Below are positions 23,889-37,789 of a DNA stretch of 64,000 bases, piece by piece (within the stretch, counting starts at the first letter, position 1; each line of letters starts with the position of its first letter). This DNA is from Chiloscyllium plagiosum. Its lineage: Eukaryota. The notes under the pieces are model-generated. The model ran no database searches and was not told the origin of the DNA. It saw only the letters and a program-made list of their open reading frames with translations. The DNA lies in contig NC_057718.1 in the NCBI RefSeq assembly GCF_004010195.1, positions 90,056,837 through 90,120,836 on the forward strand, given 5' to 3'. The translations under genes and the position numbers were made by a program.

Positions 23889-26456
23889 CTCCCAACTTTT
23901 AACCCCAAGTGAAGATAACTCAATACATCTCACAGAACCATATGAATTTGAGCAGCTGAAATTGAAGATAGGTGTGAGAGGTGTGAGAGATCTCTCAGGC
24001 GTGAGAGATCTCAAAACAACAGCGCAACCACTGAAGGAAGTTAACCTGACTCTTGAAGAAGTTCTAAACATTTGCAGAAGCTCTGATCTTGGAAAGCAAT
24101 AGCCATGGCCTGTAAGTTGGTGAGCAGTTTGGACCTGGCCGCCATATTGAAATGTGGCCCTGATTGTTCAAATATAACGATGCGGAGAAATTTTGCGGAA
24201 GCGATGGTGTTGGATTGGGATAGAGATGGACAGAATTCACTTGTCAGGTGAAGTCAACCAGATGAAGGGGCAGCGCTTCGAGAGCTTGTGATTTCAAATA
24301 AACCTCTTGGTCTGTAACCTGGTGTGACTTCTCTGACAGTGCGGAGAAAAAGCACCAATCAATCCACAGAAAGATCAAGGACGATAGACAAGATTGAAAT
24401 ATTCGTGGCGCTACACAAAGGAAAGAGTGTCCCGTATGGAGGAAATGTTTTAACTGCAAGAAGGTAAACCACTTCTCAGGTTGTGGGTAGGGCTGTAAAA
24501 GCTAGAGTGGTGATTGCTACTGAGAAAGTGGTGGATGTGCGTACAGTTACAGCATTGAAAAGACATTTGGGTAAGTACGGTGAATAGGAAAGGTTTCGAG
24601 GGATGTGGGGCTAGTATAGTTTGGGATTATGGTCAGCATAGACTGGTTGGACCGAAGGGTCTGCTTCTGTGTTGTATGACTCTCTGACTATATGTTGGAT
24701 GATAATTTGGACAAGTCAAGTATGAGTACAGAGATGGCAGATGACTCAATCCAGCCATTCCAACAGGTTGGCAATGTCAAGTCTGAAGGAGAAACATAAC
24801 CATTGTAAGACAGTGGAATAGGAGCATCAAATTAGTCAATAAAAGGTAAAGTAGCCCATAGTCCCATTCTCTCAGTGCAAGGAATGACTGGCGGTGGGTT
24901 TAACCTGAGGGTCAGCACGCCTCAGGTGAAAGGAGAGGTAGAGAAGGAGAGTCCTTCATAGTAACCTTAGCCGCTTCAGGAATTGAAGCCATGCTGTTGG
25001 CATCTGGATCACAAACCAGCCATCCGGACAACTGAGCTAACCGACTCCCGTCAAGTGAATATACGTGACAAATAGACACAGGTCCTCCTCTTGCTTTGCA
25101 AGCCTTTGTAAAGCACGATGTCATTGGCAAGAGTGACATCTTGGAATTCCAGATTATTCAACACAGAGCTAAAGCTGCACACCTCAGCAGAAACAAGTTG
25201 GAAGCTCAGTCTAATGACCTGGATGTTCCAGGAGAGATTTCCGGTGTTTCAAGGGCCGCATCGAGTGGATAAACAGCGGGACACAGAGCACATCTGATTG
25301 GAGGGCCACAAACAAAGCTTGGTGCCAAAGGCAAGCAATTGAAAGCCTGCCTTACCAGATGGCTAGTGCAATGAAGACAAAACGTGTGGAAAGTGAACAG
25401 TGTGAGTCAGTTGAGAAGATTTTGAAACAGGCCCAGAGAGCAGATTGTTCCAACCAGCAGATGTTGGAGGAGAAGCCAGTGACCTAAAGCCTGACTGAAG
25501 GTCTGGGCCCTTGGGAAGCCAACTTCCAGCCAGTTGTGGCCTAGCCATTGACTCATAGGTGAAAATTCCAGTTGACCTCTGATGACAGGCCCCTGGGTTG
25601 GCTTTTTATAGGTGTCATTGGTTACCCAGAGGAGTATCCCTTCAGTTGCCCATCTATTCTCTGGGAAAATAGACCAGACTGAATGGTACTGTCTGGTAGC
25701 ATGAATCTTTGTACCCACCCTCCTGCCAGCCTCTGTACTCAAAGTGAAAAATGGCAGTGGAAATTCTTCATCTGGTGTGCATGAGGGGGTTACATCTGAC
25801 TGTGCAAGACTCGCTAATGAGACATGGTACACACCTTCAGAGGAAGTGATGAAATATCACATGATCTTGCTCAAACATGCGGCCTCGTGGCAAAATGAAG
25901 TCACAGGAAGGTGTTTCTCAAATAATGTTAATTTTTTCCTCACCTCAGCAGAGTCATTCCAGCAGCACAACAAGACCAAGAATATAATCACACAGTCAGT
26001 GTGACCTTCCCCTGCTGAATTGGAACTTGTTTAATTCCAGATTGTTTCAATACATGGTGTATCTGACAAGAGGTTTTGCGAGAGCTGTGTTTCAGCATAG
26101 AATTAGCTAAAACTGACAATATGGATGGATGTGATGATCAAGTCCACATTACACCATCAGGGCACTATATATCTCTCAAATCTAATGAACTGCTCCCAGA
26201 CTTTGTTAAGTCCATGTCACTATATCAATCAAATTTCAATTGTACCAATTACTAAGATGCACTCTGCTATTCTCCTGTCTTTGGAAAATTGCTTGAGAAT
26301 GTTGTTATGTAGTTTGGGAGTACTTTGCCATTTTATTTCTTCTTCCTCTTTGAAATTTCTTTTGTTTTGTCTTTGGGCGATGTCTTCAGCTTTGACCAGA
26401 TGTTATGATCCCAGCTGAAGTGGGCACGTTAGATCTCAGGCTGAAGTCTGGTTTGA

Positions 26457-27035
26457 TAGAGTCACATAGCATGGAAGCAGACCATTCGGTCCAACTCGTC
26501 CATGCCAACCAAGTTTCCCAAACCGAATTAGTCCCATTTGCCTGCACTTGGACCGTATCCCTTTTAAACTTCTCCAATTCATGTACCTGTCCAAATGTCT
26601 TTTAAATGTTGTGACTGTACCTACATCCACCACTTTCTCTGGCAGTCCATTCCACATACGAACCACCCTCTGTGTGAGAAAGGGTGGCACGGTGGCTCAG
26701 TGGTTAGCACTGTTGCTTCACAGCACGAGGGTCCCAGGTTTGATTCCAGCCTTGGGTGACTGTCTGTGTGGAGTTTGCACATTCTCCTCATGTCTGCGTG
26801 GGTTTCTTTCGTGTGCTCCGCTTTCCTCCTACAGTCCAAAGATGTACAGGTCAGGTGAATTGGCCACGCTAAATTGCCCATAGTGTTAGGTGCGTTAGTC
26901 AGAGGGAAATGGGTCTGGGTGGGTTACTCTTCAGTAGGTCAGTGTGGACTTGTTGGGCCGAAGGGCCTGTTTCCACACTGTAGGGAATCTAATCTAAAAA
27001 AAGCTGCCCCTCAGGTTCCTTTTTAAATCTTTCTC
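26457..27035 (-). mobile_element. CR1 3' fragment interrupted by an HE1 SINE (about 26682-26997, +)
   Basis: TQRVVRMWNGLPEKVVDVGTVTTFKRHLD peptide. CR1 resumes after the SINE tail. Confidence 0.88.
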
Positions 27036-27759
27036 CTCGATAGATCATATTCTGTTACTTTTAAAAATATATACAATGACACGGACATTCTCTGACAAAT
27101 GGCCAAAGGTGCAGATTTGATTTTCACAATAAAGCAGAAGTCCATAATTCAGAAGAAGCTGTGATAAAGTAGAAGAAGCCAAATAATTGTATATAACACG
27201 GGATTAAAGATCGCAAAATGCACGGTACTCCTTTACAGGCCTTACACCAGAGAGAGGCAAAACCTACATCTCTATCACGTCTACAGGTTTAACGTTTGTG
27301 GCTTTCTGTCAAAACTGGGAAAAGTTAGAGACGGGTAAAAGTTTTAAGATGGGGTTGTGAGGGTGGGGAGGGTGGCGGGGTCGATGGAAATGGTGGTGGG
27401 AATAGGGACAAATGGAAGGTCTTTGATAGGATGGAAAACAGGAGCGATGGAATGACAGAAGAGTTAACCCACCAGGGTCAAAGGGAACAATGATGGGACA
27501 AGAGAAGAAACTAAGATGCCAGGAGTGAAAGCAAAAGGTAAGATGAAAATCAAACCATGAGGAGAAACGGTAGAAAAGCAGGGACAAAGTTTACAGTCAG
27601 AAATTGTTAAACCCACTGCTGAGGTAAGGAGGGTGTAAAGTGTCCAATTAAAATTCAAGATGCTTTTCCTGTACCTTATGTTGAGCATTATTGGAACACT
27701 CCAAACATCGACAAAGTACTGCTGCTGCTGCCAAAGGGTGAGAGGAGAGTGACTGCCCT

Positions 27760-28230
27760 TTATTTTATTCCTTTGTGGGACTTGGGCGATGCTGGCTGGT
27801 CAGCATTGATAGCCCATCCCTAATTGCCCCTTGAGAAGGTGAGGTTGAGCTGTCTTCTTGAATCGCTGCAGTCCACCTGCTATGGGTTGACCCACAATGC
27901 TGGTAGGGTGAGAATTCCAGGATTTTGATCCAATGGCTATGAAGGAACGGTGGTATATTTCCAAGTCAGGGGTGGTGAGTGGCTTGGAGGGGAACTTACA
28001 GGTGGTGGTGTTCCCAAGTACCTGCTGCCCTTGTCCTTCTGGATGGAAGTGATCGTGGGTTTGGAAGGTGCTGTCTCGGGATCTTTGGTGAATTTCTGCA
28101 GTGCATCCTGTGGAAAGTACATATTGCTGCTACTGAGTGCTGGTGGTGGAGGGATTGAATGTAGATGTGGTGCCAATTAAGTGGATTGCTTTGGCCTGGA
28201 TGGTGTCAAGCTTCTTGAGTGTTGACATCA
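27760..28230 (-). mobile_element. 3' end of the second LINE family
   Basis: Homologous to 7848-8200. Confidence 0.7.
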
Positions 28231-29799
28231 AGGCAGCATTTGGCAGAGTGTGGCATCCAGGAACCCAAGCAACACGGGAACTGAGGAGAACTCTCCACTG
28301 TTTGGACTCAAACCTAGCACGAAGGGAAGAGTTTGTGGTTGTTAGAAATTATTCATATCTGACAAGAGTAGGCCTCTGATTTTCCAACACCTTTCAATAA
28401 GATTTTAACTGACTCTACATTTCCACCTACCCTGATAACCTTTCACTCCATTACTTATAGAATCATAGAATCCCTACAGTGTGGAAACAGGCCATTCAGC
28501 CCAACAAGTCCACACCGACTCTCAAGAGCGTCCCACCCAGCCTCACCCTCGCTTCTATCCCTGTAACCTTGCATGTCTTGGGCTAATTCACCAAACCGAC
28601 ATATCCCGGGACACCATGCGCAATTTAGCATGGCCACTTATGAAGACGTTATCTACATCTGCTCAAAGACTCAGTTTCCACTGACTCACTACAAGCAATT
28701 ACTGGTAGGTAAATAAATGTTGGCCTGCCCGCAACACCCATATCCCATGAATGAAGCAATAAAACAATGTCAGGTTGTTGTGCATCTATGTGCGAGACAG
28801 CTCTCCCAAGCTTGGCGTAAATCCTCAGAGGAGGACTTTGTAGAATTGATTGGGTGCACTGGGTCTTCATTGTTTGTGTTGATAGGTCCAAACTGTGGAG
28901 TCATCTTGTGCTTATCTTCCTGAGTTGACTAGAGGGGTTTGCTATAACAGAGTGGCTTCCTCAGCCTGTTGGGAGGACAGCAGAGAGTCAGTCGCATTAC
29001 TTTGGGTCTGGAGTCAGACTGGTTCAGGACAATTTACGGGAAATGTCAGATGCTGACTACAGGAGAGAGCCAACATGAATTCAGAAAGCATGGAGATGAA
29101 CTGAGAAGCGAACGACGAGGGTCAAAGAGTGTGTTCAAGAATGGATGAGCAGGTGACATAAAAGGGACATGACATAAAAGTTCACGTGCAATCAGACACA
29201 CGGTAAAACAAGTTAAAAAAAATATTCCGGACCAATTAGGGAGAAAAAGCAAATCTTCTTCTGGACATGAAGGGTGTGGCTGAGATACTAAATGAATACC
29301 ATGTAAAGAGGACACTGTCAATGTCACAGTAACAGAAATGGTTAAGGAAGAAGCACTTTGAGAGCAGTGAATGTAGCAGACTTAATTTGAAAAAGTGCAT
29401 GTGAATTGCAGCTTAACCTGGAAATGCATGGGGCCTGGGATTGCCTGGAGTGAGAAGGAAAAAGTGTAGTCCTTCAGGGCTTTTGAGGGAAGTCTCGGTG
29501 GAAAGGACACGGGTGTTGTGGGTATTTGACGAGTGGACTGTGTCTCACAGAGGAATGTTTCCTTTGGGATGCTGAAAAGGGAATTGAGGGGAATGATATA
29601 GGTTTTGCCTCTAGAGTATGTTTACCTGATATGGCAATGCTTATGTTACCCATTGTTGTATAAGAAACTAGGGTAGAGATAACATGGTATTGAAAGATCT
29701 GATGGACATTTAATACAGCATGCTAATATTTAGTAATACTGCATTTGCAGGCTGTGTCTGGACGAGCCTTAAACAAATTGGTTACAAAGAGTAACAGGT

Positions 29800-31250
29800 T
29801 CATTTAAGAGGCATTTGGATGGGTATATGAATAGGAAGGGTTTGGAGGGATATGGGCCGAGTGCTGGCAGATGGGGATAGTATGGGTTGGGATATCTGGT
29901 CGGCATGGACGGGCTGGACCGAAGGGTCTGTTCCCATGCTGTACATCTTTATGACTTAGATATGATGCAGAGCTGGGCCGAGGAGTGGCAGATGGAGTTC
30001 AACCCTGCCAAGTGTGAGGTTGTCCATTTTGGAAGGACAAATAAGAATGCGGAATACAGGGTTAACGGTAGGGTTCTTAGTGAGGTGGAGGAACAGAGGG
30101 ATCTTGGGGTCTATGTTCATGGATCTTTGAAAGTTGCCACTCAGGTGGATAGAGCTTGTAAGAAGGCCTATGGTGAATTAGCGTTCATTAGCAGAGGGAT
30201 TGAATTCAAGAGCCGTGAAGTGATGTTNNNNNNNNNNNNNNNNNNNNNNNNNNNNNNNNNNNNNNNNNNNNNNNNNNNNNNNNNNNNNNNNNNNNNNNNN
30301 NNNNNNNNNNNNNNNNNNNNNNNNNNNNNNNNNNNNNNNNNNNNNNNNNNNNNNNNNNNNNNNNNNNNNNNNNNNNNNNNNNNNNNNNNNNNNNNNNNNN
30401 NNNNNNNNNNNNNNNNNNNNNNNNNNNNNNNNNNNNNNNNNNNNNNNNNNNNNNNNNNNNNNNNNNNNNNNNNNNNNNNNNNNNNNNNNNNNNNNNNNNN
30501 NNNNNNNNNNNNNNNNNNNNNNNNNNNNNNNNNNNNNNNNNNNNNNNNNNNNNNNNNNNNNNNNNNNNNNNNNNNNNNNNNNNNNNNNNNNNNNNNNNNN
30601 NNNNNNNNNNNNNNNNNNNNNNNNNNNNNNNNNNNNNNNNNNNNNNNNNNNNNNNNNNNNNNNNNNNNNNNNNNNNNNNNNNNNNNNNNNNNNNNNNNNN
30701 NNNNNNNNNNNNNNNNNNNNNNNNNNNNNNNNNNNNNNNNNNNNNNNNNNNNNNNNNNNNNNNNNNNNNNNNNNNNNNNNNNNNNNNNNNNNNNNNNNNN
30801 NNNNNNNNNNNNNNNNNNNNNNNNNNNNNNNNNNNNNNNNNNNNNNNNNNNNNNNNNNNNNNNNNNNNNNNNNNNNNNNNNNNNNNNNNNNNNNNNNNNN
30901 NNNNNNNNNNNNNNNNNNNNNNNNNNNNNNNNNNNNNNNNNNNNNNNNNNNNNNNNNNNNNNNNNNNNNNNNNNNNNNNNNNNNNNNNNNNNNNNNNNNN
31001 NNNNNNNNNNNNNNNNNNNNNNNNNNNNNNNNNNNNNNNNNNNNNNNNNNNNNNNNNNNNNNNNNNNNNNNNNNNNNNNNNNNNNNNNNNNNNNNNNNNN
31101 NNNNNNNNNNNNNNNNNNNNNNNNNNNNNNNNNNNNNNNNNNNNNNNNNNNNNNNNNNNNNNNNNNNNNNNNNNNNNNNNNNNNNNNNNNNNNNNNNNNN
31201 NNNNNNNNNNNNNNNNNNNTGTTCTATGTTCTATGTTCTATGACTATGAC
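29800..31250 (+). mobile_element. CR1 3' end followed by a young CR1 RT fragment running into the gap, with a (GTTCTAT)n tail after the gap
   Basis: WAEEWQMEFNPAKCEVVHFG...QRDLGVYVHGSLKVATQVD peptide. Confidence 0.9.
30228..31220. other. Assembly gap (993 N)
   Basis: Run of n characters. Confidence 1.
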
Positions 31251-31879
31251 TTATCTCATGATCTGAATTATGATGGAGTCTGAGACCTTCAGTTCAAGTG
31301 CTATAATGAGTTACTTGTCCAATTTCCTATTGTTCATGACTTAATTGAATGATTACAACCGTTGCTGATATGACGATCACTACTTTTCAGTTTATTTGTG
31401 AAATGAATGGTGTCTGATTACAGACTGTAGTTCATTGGCAAACCATTCATAGACGCGTATCAAATGGAGAGTGAAGCATAGCAGTTCATTACCTCAGCAT
31501 CAAAGTTCAAATGGTCTAGCAGAACAGATGCAACATAACATCAGTTCAATGTCATCACGTGTCAAGCAATAAAGGAAGATTTTAGTATTGCCTTGCAACA
31601 TTTTCGCGCTACATCAATGGAGAAGGGATTATCATCCAGGCACAACATATGCTCGGAAGATTTTTGTTAAAAACCTCGCCCTGCAACTAATTGTCTGATA
31701 CCCCAGGACACTGAGCAGTCAAAGACAGGGGAGAATGGAAGCAATGGTGAACGAATAAGTAGAGAACGACCAAAACTGAGTGCTGGACAAAGCTAGAAAT
31801 ATAAATGCAAAAACTTGAATGCAAACAGAAGTTTTGAGAATGTGAAACCAGTGCAGATTATGTGATGTCAAGCAGAGAG

Positions 31880-32547
31880 ACCTAAGGGTTCAGGTACAGT
31901 TCCTTGAAAATTGCGTCACAGGTAGACAGGATGGTTAAGAAGGTGTTTAGCACACTTGCCTTAATTGCTCAGAACATTGAGTATAGTGGATGGGACGTCA
32001 TTGTTGAGGTTGTGTAGGATGTTGGTGAGGTCTCTTCAGGAGTACTGTGTGCACTTCTGGCATCCCTGTTATAGGAAGGATATTATTAAATTGGAGAGGA
32101 TTCAGAAAGAAAATTACCAGAGTGTTGCCGGGACTGGAGAGGCTAGGACCTTTTTTTTATTTGAGGGTGGGAGGTTGAGAAGTGATCTTCTAGAATTATG
32201 AGGGGTGTAGATAAGGTGAATAGCAAAGATCTTTTTCCTAGGGTGGGTGAGTTCAAAACTAGGAGGTATATTTTTAAGATGAGAGGAGAAAGATTTAAAA
32301 GGGATCTGAGGGGAACCTTTTCACACTCATGATGGTTTATGTATGGAATGAACTGCCAGTGGAAGTGGTAGTTGCAGGTACAGTTCCGATGTTTAAAAGA
32401 CATTTGGACAGGTACATGAATAGGGAAAGTTTGGATGGATATTGGGCCAAATGCAGGCAAGTGGGACTAGATTATTTTGGGAACGTGGTCAGCATGGACT
32501 ATTTGGGCAGAAGGGTCTGTTAACTTGCTGTATGACTCTATGACTCT
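31880..32547 (+). mobile_element. CR1/HER1 3' fragment
   Basis: LVRSLQEYCVHFWHPCYRKDIIKLERIQ peptide and tail. Confidence 0.88.
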
Positions 32548-33062
32548 CAGTCATTCCTGATCATGGTGAAGGAACAAAAGCCCGCTCAGGTCAATATACA
32601 ACACACCAATCACGCACGAAGAGAGGGAAGAAGAACACTTTGGTGATGGTATTATGTGATGATGTTAAGTGACTGTACCCAGCGATAGGACAACTTAGGT
32701 TGTCAAACAAGTGTAACATAGAACAGAGTGTCCCACTCCAGACTGGAATATGCTCAATGGATCAGAGCAAGTTGTCAAAACTCCAAAGCATTACATTAAC
32801 ATTTGAAATGTTAATCTTGTAAACTCTGTTTTACCCATTTGTACAATTCTCAAACTTGACAACGTGTCTCTGTTACAACCATGTATATCTGTCTTGGGAT
32901 AATGTTTTATTTCTGGGAAAGGGGTGTGGGAATGTTGTCTTATGCCTCATGGCCTGTATATCAATATGTATTCAAGAGCCATGTTGATGGTAACATCACA
33001 GTATTGTAGCATATAACTGGAGGTGTCAGACTGTATTTAAACTCGGGCCATTTGCAGTATGA

Positions 33063-33400
33063 CAGGGGCTGGTGATGACCTAGTGGTATTATCACTAGAC
33101 ACCCAGGTAATCTTCTGAGGACCCAGGTTCAAGTCCTGCCATGGCAGATGGTGGAATTCGAATGCAATAAAAATCTGGAATTAAGAATTTAATGATAATA
33201 GTTGTCCATGGTTAGGGGGAGACAAACCCATCTGATTCAGTAATGTCCTTTTGGAAGGAAATCTTCCATCCTTACTCAGCCTGGCTTACATGCGACTCAC
33301 AGGAATGTAGCTGGCTCTGAACTGTCCTTTTGACAATGAGAGGTGGACAGTAAATGCTGGCCTAACCAGTAATGTCCCCATCACCTGAATTAATAAAAGA
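33063..33400 (+). mobile_element. Older tRNA-derived SINE
   Basis: tRNA-like head (CTAGTGGT...GGTTCAAGTCC). Same family as 8370-8685. Confidence 0.7.
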
Positions 33401-34359
33401 AAATAATGTTGAAAGCATGTTACTCTTTGCAGCCGAATAGATCGATGTTGGCCTAGACATAGATGTGCTGGTGAATGCAGTATTGGTGCATATTAGTTCA
33501 CAGTTTATCATAGCTCACTGTGTTGGACCTTTCAATAGTTTCTTTTGTCATGAGGGACAATATAAAAGTTGCTGCATTAGGAAAAGATACAGTGCTGAAG
33601 AGAAAATGTACTGTGCTTGAGTAGTTCTAGCATTTGTTGATTTTATTTTCAGATTTCAAGCATCCACAATATTCACTTTCTAAAAATCTGTGCATACTCA
33701 GATTATCACAACACCAGTCTTGCTATTTTAAATAGATTTCTCTAACTTAAACTACAGTTGTGAATTGAGAGAAATATTTGCATTGCTGTTATGACATGTC
33801 ATTTTCACTAGGGGACAGCATGACTGCATCAAATTTCCTCTAAACCTGAGCTTTCCACTAAAACCTCTGTGAAGTATTGTGTATAAAAATTCAACCATAC
33901 ATAGCCCCAACCATTGCTCTCCTAGCAGAATCTTCGATTAAAATGTATTCTCACATCTTAGGACTTCATGATTTGTTAAAAAGATTTGTCTTAATAGGTC
34001 CCTTTTCTGATGCTGCGTTTGATAAAGCCTCATCTAGCCAACAATTAATGTAACAAATAAGCTGCTTGTCTGAGTTATACTTCCGCTATATTTTGAAAGC
34101 TTAAATAATCAAAATTTGAAAATAATCCTTTTTGTCCTTGTCACTGCCTGTTACATGACGTTTGTCTGTCTCCAGTCTAGATGTCAAACCTTTATTGGAA
34201 AGAAATCTCTGCAGTTGTACAAAGTTAAATACTGTGGTGGGGGGGCAGGGGAACTATTGATCTGCTTGAGTCTCATAGAGTAGGAAGTTTGCTGATGTGC
34301 CTAATGATCTGAGAATTGTGTCTTTTTTGGAGACCGGTGTCCATTCCTGACAAAGAAAT

Positions 34360-34709
34360 GTAGAGTCCTACAGCACAAAGACAGACCCTTTGGTCCAACT
34401 AGTCCACGCCAACCATGTTGCCAAACTAAACTAGTCCCACCTGCCTGCGCTTGGCCTACATCCTTCCAAACCTTTCCTCTTCATGTACTTATCCAAATGT
34501 CTTTTAATTATTGTGACTCTACCACCAAATCCTTCAGTAGTTTATTCCATCCATGAACCACTCACATGTTGCCCCTCATGTCCTTCAAATCTTTCTCCTT
34601 TCACCTTAAAACTATGCACTCCCCCACCCTAGGGAAAAGACTCTTGCCATTCACCTTATCTATGCCCCTCATGATTTTAGAAAGCACTGTAAGGTCACCC
34701 CTCAACCTG
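34360..34709 (-). mobile_element. CR1 3' fragment
   Basis: Reverse complement of the CR1 3' region. Confidence 0.82.
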
Positions 34710-34934
34710 GAGGAGAAAGTGAGGTCTGCAGATGCTGGAGATCAAAGTTGAAACTCTATTGCTGGAACAGCACAGCAGGTCAGGCAGCATCCAGGGAACA
34801 GGAGATTCGACGTTTCGGGCACAGGCCCTTCTTCAGGAATCATTCCTGAAGAAGGGCCTGTGCCCGAAACGTCGAATCTCCTGTTCCCTGGATGCTGCCT
34901 GACTTGCTGTGCTGTTCCAGCAATAAAGTTTCAA
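34710..34934. mobile_element. Young palindromic PLE family A insertion with two intact hammerhead cores
   Basis: Cores at 34809-34836 (-) and 34846-34873 (+). Perfect TSD CACCCCTCAACCTG at 34696-34709 and 34935-34948. Confidence 0.92.
34846..34873 (+). ncRNA. Minimal type-I hammerhead ribozyme core (PLE family A)
   Basis: CTGAAGA A GGGC-CTGT-GCCC GAAA CG TC. Stem I is AUUC/GAAU from the flanks. Confidence 0.72.
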
Positions 34935-34969
34935 CACCCCTCAACCTGACATATTGTTAACGTAGTGGA

Positions 34970-35182
34970 GAGAGTGGTGCTGGAAAAGCACAGCAGGTCA
35001 GGCAGCATCCGAGGAGCAGGAGAATCAATGTTTCAGACAAGAGCCCTTCATCGGGAATGAGGACGAAGGGCTCTTGCCCGAAACGTTGATTCTCCTGCTC
35101 CTCGGATACTGCCTGACCTGCTGTGCTTTTCCAGCACCACACACTCGACTCTGATCTCCAGCATCTGCAGTCCTCACTTCTT
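34970..35182. mobile_element. Palindromic PLE family A insertion
   Basis: Inverted arms. Confidence 0.82.
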
Positions 35183-35645
35183 TCATACAGTTATTGTAGA
35201 CAGTACAGATATTCATACTAAGCTGCTGATATAGGCATTCTTGGTATATTGCCAATGTTGGCATAAAATATTCCTGCTTTATATTTCAGTACAGGCATAT
35301 ACCAATTCCAATGCAATGTCAATGCATCTATCCTGTTGTAGTCTCAATACATGTAATCCTGGTACATTACCAATGCAGGAAGTACACCAGTAGATTGACA
35401 ATGAAGCCTGGTAGATCTTGCCTGAGGGAGACTGGTCAAGGCACCTGATTGACAACTCCTTGAGATTTTGACACCGAAGCTGACTATAATTAATACTTGG
35501 CACACTAGCTGAAATTTGTAGCAATGATTTTTATTTTAAATGAATTAAGTGTCGTCTACGTTTCAGTGAGCAGCAAATACATTCTGAAGGAACAGCAAAT
35601 ACCGAATAATAAGTGATTCTTTGGCTTTAGTCAAATCAGTATTTG

Positions 35646-35876
35646 GAGAAAGTGAGGACCGCAGATGCTGGGATCACAGTCAAAATGTGTGGTGCTGGAA
35701 AAGCCCAGCCGGTCAGCCAGCATCTGAGGAGCAGGAGAGTCTGCGTTTTGAGCATAAGCCCTACATCAAGAATCCCCCACATTCCTGATGAAGAGCTTAT
35801 GCCCGAAACATTGATTCTCCTGCTCCTTTGATGTTGCCTGACAGGCTGTGCTTTTCCAGCACCACATTTTTTAACA
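35646..35876. mobile_element. Palindromic PLE family A insertion
   Basis: TSD CAAATCAGTATTTG at 35632-35645 and 35877-35890. Confidence 0.87.
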
Positions 35877-36607
35877 CAAATCAGTATTTGTTTGACATAT
35901 CAGTTTACCTCCTAACAAAGCAATCACGGTGAATGTTTGCCACCTGATTCACTGTCACATCAACTGTCTGTGTTCTGTACTGTCAAAAGATGCCTCTGAA
36001 TCCATACATACCAGGCATTGAGAGCTGGTCCTAAACACACACAAACAACAAATTGCCCCTCCCCCAGCACAATGTCCCAAAGCACTTCAATTGTGTACTA
36101 ATTGTTCAATTGTACGTAGGTTGTGGCTGTAAGGGGGTATCAGTTGCATTCCTATTCTCTGAAAGTGGAGCTCCAACCCTTTATCGATGCACTTCAAGTC
36201 CGGATTCCTGGTCTTTGACCTCCTGGGGTGGACAGCTGGGGAGTGGGCAGACCTGAAGGCCTCATTATGGGTCCTGATGGTGAACATCTGAGGTGGCCAT
36301 ATAGCCTGACTGCCTGCCTCCCTTCTGTCATTACTCCTGCGCCCAGGTGTCCCCAGAGACAAAGCTTGCTGGGCCCACCTTTTTGAGACTAGTGGGCACT
36401 GACGGAGGGGGTGCGGGTGGCTGCAGGGCACCATCAACAGAGGGATATTTTAATGGACAATTACGATTGGTTCTGCAGAAACAATGTCCTGAAGTAAAGA
36501 GGTTAATTGCAGGACAGGCTTTTTCAAACCCAAATGTATCAAGGAACAGGGGAGTACTTTTGATAAGAAGGCATATTTTAACTTGATGAATTTTATTTCA
36601 AAGTTCT

Positions 36608-36925
36608 TAGATTAGATTAGATTACCAGATTAGATTACATTACAGTATGGAAATAGGCCCTTCGGCCCAACAAGTCCACACCGACCCGCCGAAGCGCAAC
36701 CCACCCATACCCCTATACCTAACACTACGGGCAATTTAGCATGGCCAATTCACCTGACCTGCACATCTTTGGACTGTGGGAGGAAACCGGAGCACCCGGA
36801 GGAAACCCACCCAGACACGGGGAGAACGTGCAAACTCCACACAGTCAGTCGCCTGAGTCGGGAATTGAACCCGGGTCTCTGGCGCTGTGAGGCAGCAGTG
36901 CTAACCACTGTGCCACCGTGCCGCC
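36608..36925 (-). mobile_element. Young HE1 SINE
   Basis: Consensus match with (GATTA)n tail. Confidence 0.93.
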
Positions 36926-37789
36926 GTGTTTTGGTTACTGTGAGTTAATTCACCTGGGGAATTTAACTGATTATCTGATATTAAAAGTGGTACAAATAGA
37001 ATCATAGCATCCCTACAGTACAGCTTCAGGCCATTCTGCCCATTGAGTCTGCACCGATCCTCTGAAGAGCATCCTACCCAGAAATAGAGTTGGAACTGTA
37101 ATCCTCATGTGTAGCTTTGTAAACAAAAGCTCATAAAAGTGTGTAAAGATTGGCTCAGCTCTATCTTTCACTTCCTAGCTTCCTGGAATATAACACTTCT
37201 CAGCACCGAATCTTAAAAAGAGATGTTGATGTGGGTAAACGATAGCTCAGTCAGAGTACCGTTCAAGGAGGAGGGACAGAAAGCTTCAGGCAAGACAGAT
37301 GCTTTAAACATCTTCTGACTTTGGCCACCTTGTTTTAGGTTCAGCCTGGGAGAAGGACTGACTCACTTGTGATTGTCTGACGTTGTTGAAGGCTAGCTTC
37401 TGTTCACCTGTGAGAAAGCAGCCAATAAATGGCATGGATGTATTGGTTGTGTGTAAGTACTAGTACACTGTATTCTCTTCCCATGCCTGGTCTAGCTGCA
37501 GTGCCGATTCCAATCCAGACCCCTGAAATGTGGAGTGAGATAACTCCGGTGTTTAAGGACAGGATACCCGGCTCCCCCACCCCTGCTCAGCTTCCCTGCT
37601 TCCACCTTCTCCCAAAGAGTTTGGTATTATTCTTTCCGTTATGGGTAAGTCACCACAAGTTACCTTTAATTCGGCTACTTATTAAGAAATCTCACAATCA
37701 AGTACTGAAACAGGGATTTAAACTTTACTGCATGTAGCAACCAAAATAAGGCAACAAGTTAAGCCTCACAACCCAACTTGGCTATTATA

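Larger units (their letters stand above)
23900..33050 (+). mobile_element. Highly degraded Gypsy/Ty3 LTR retrotransposon, fragmented by later insertions
   Basis: gag-like LKEVNLTLEEVLNICRSSD (about 24031) and zinc knuckle CPVWRKCFNCKKVNHFS (about 24428). Integrase-like SSLPQHQSSNGLAEQM (about 31480) and IALQHFRATSMEKGLSS (about 31587). Purine tract GGGAAAGGGG at about 32915. Confidence 0.65.

Noticed and set aside
29887..31266. 459-aa ORF in the track
   Set aside because: Artefact of translating through the N gap. The real part is CR1 reverse transcriptase.
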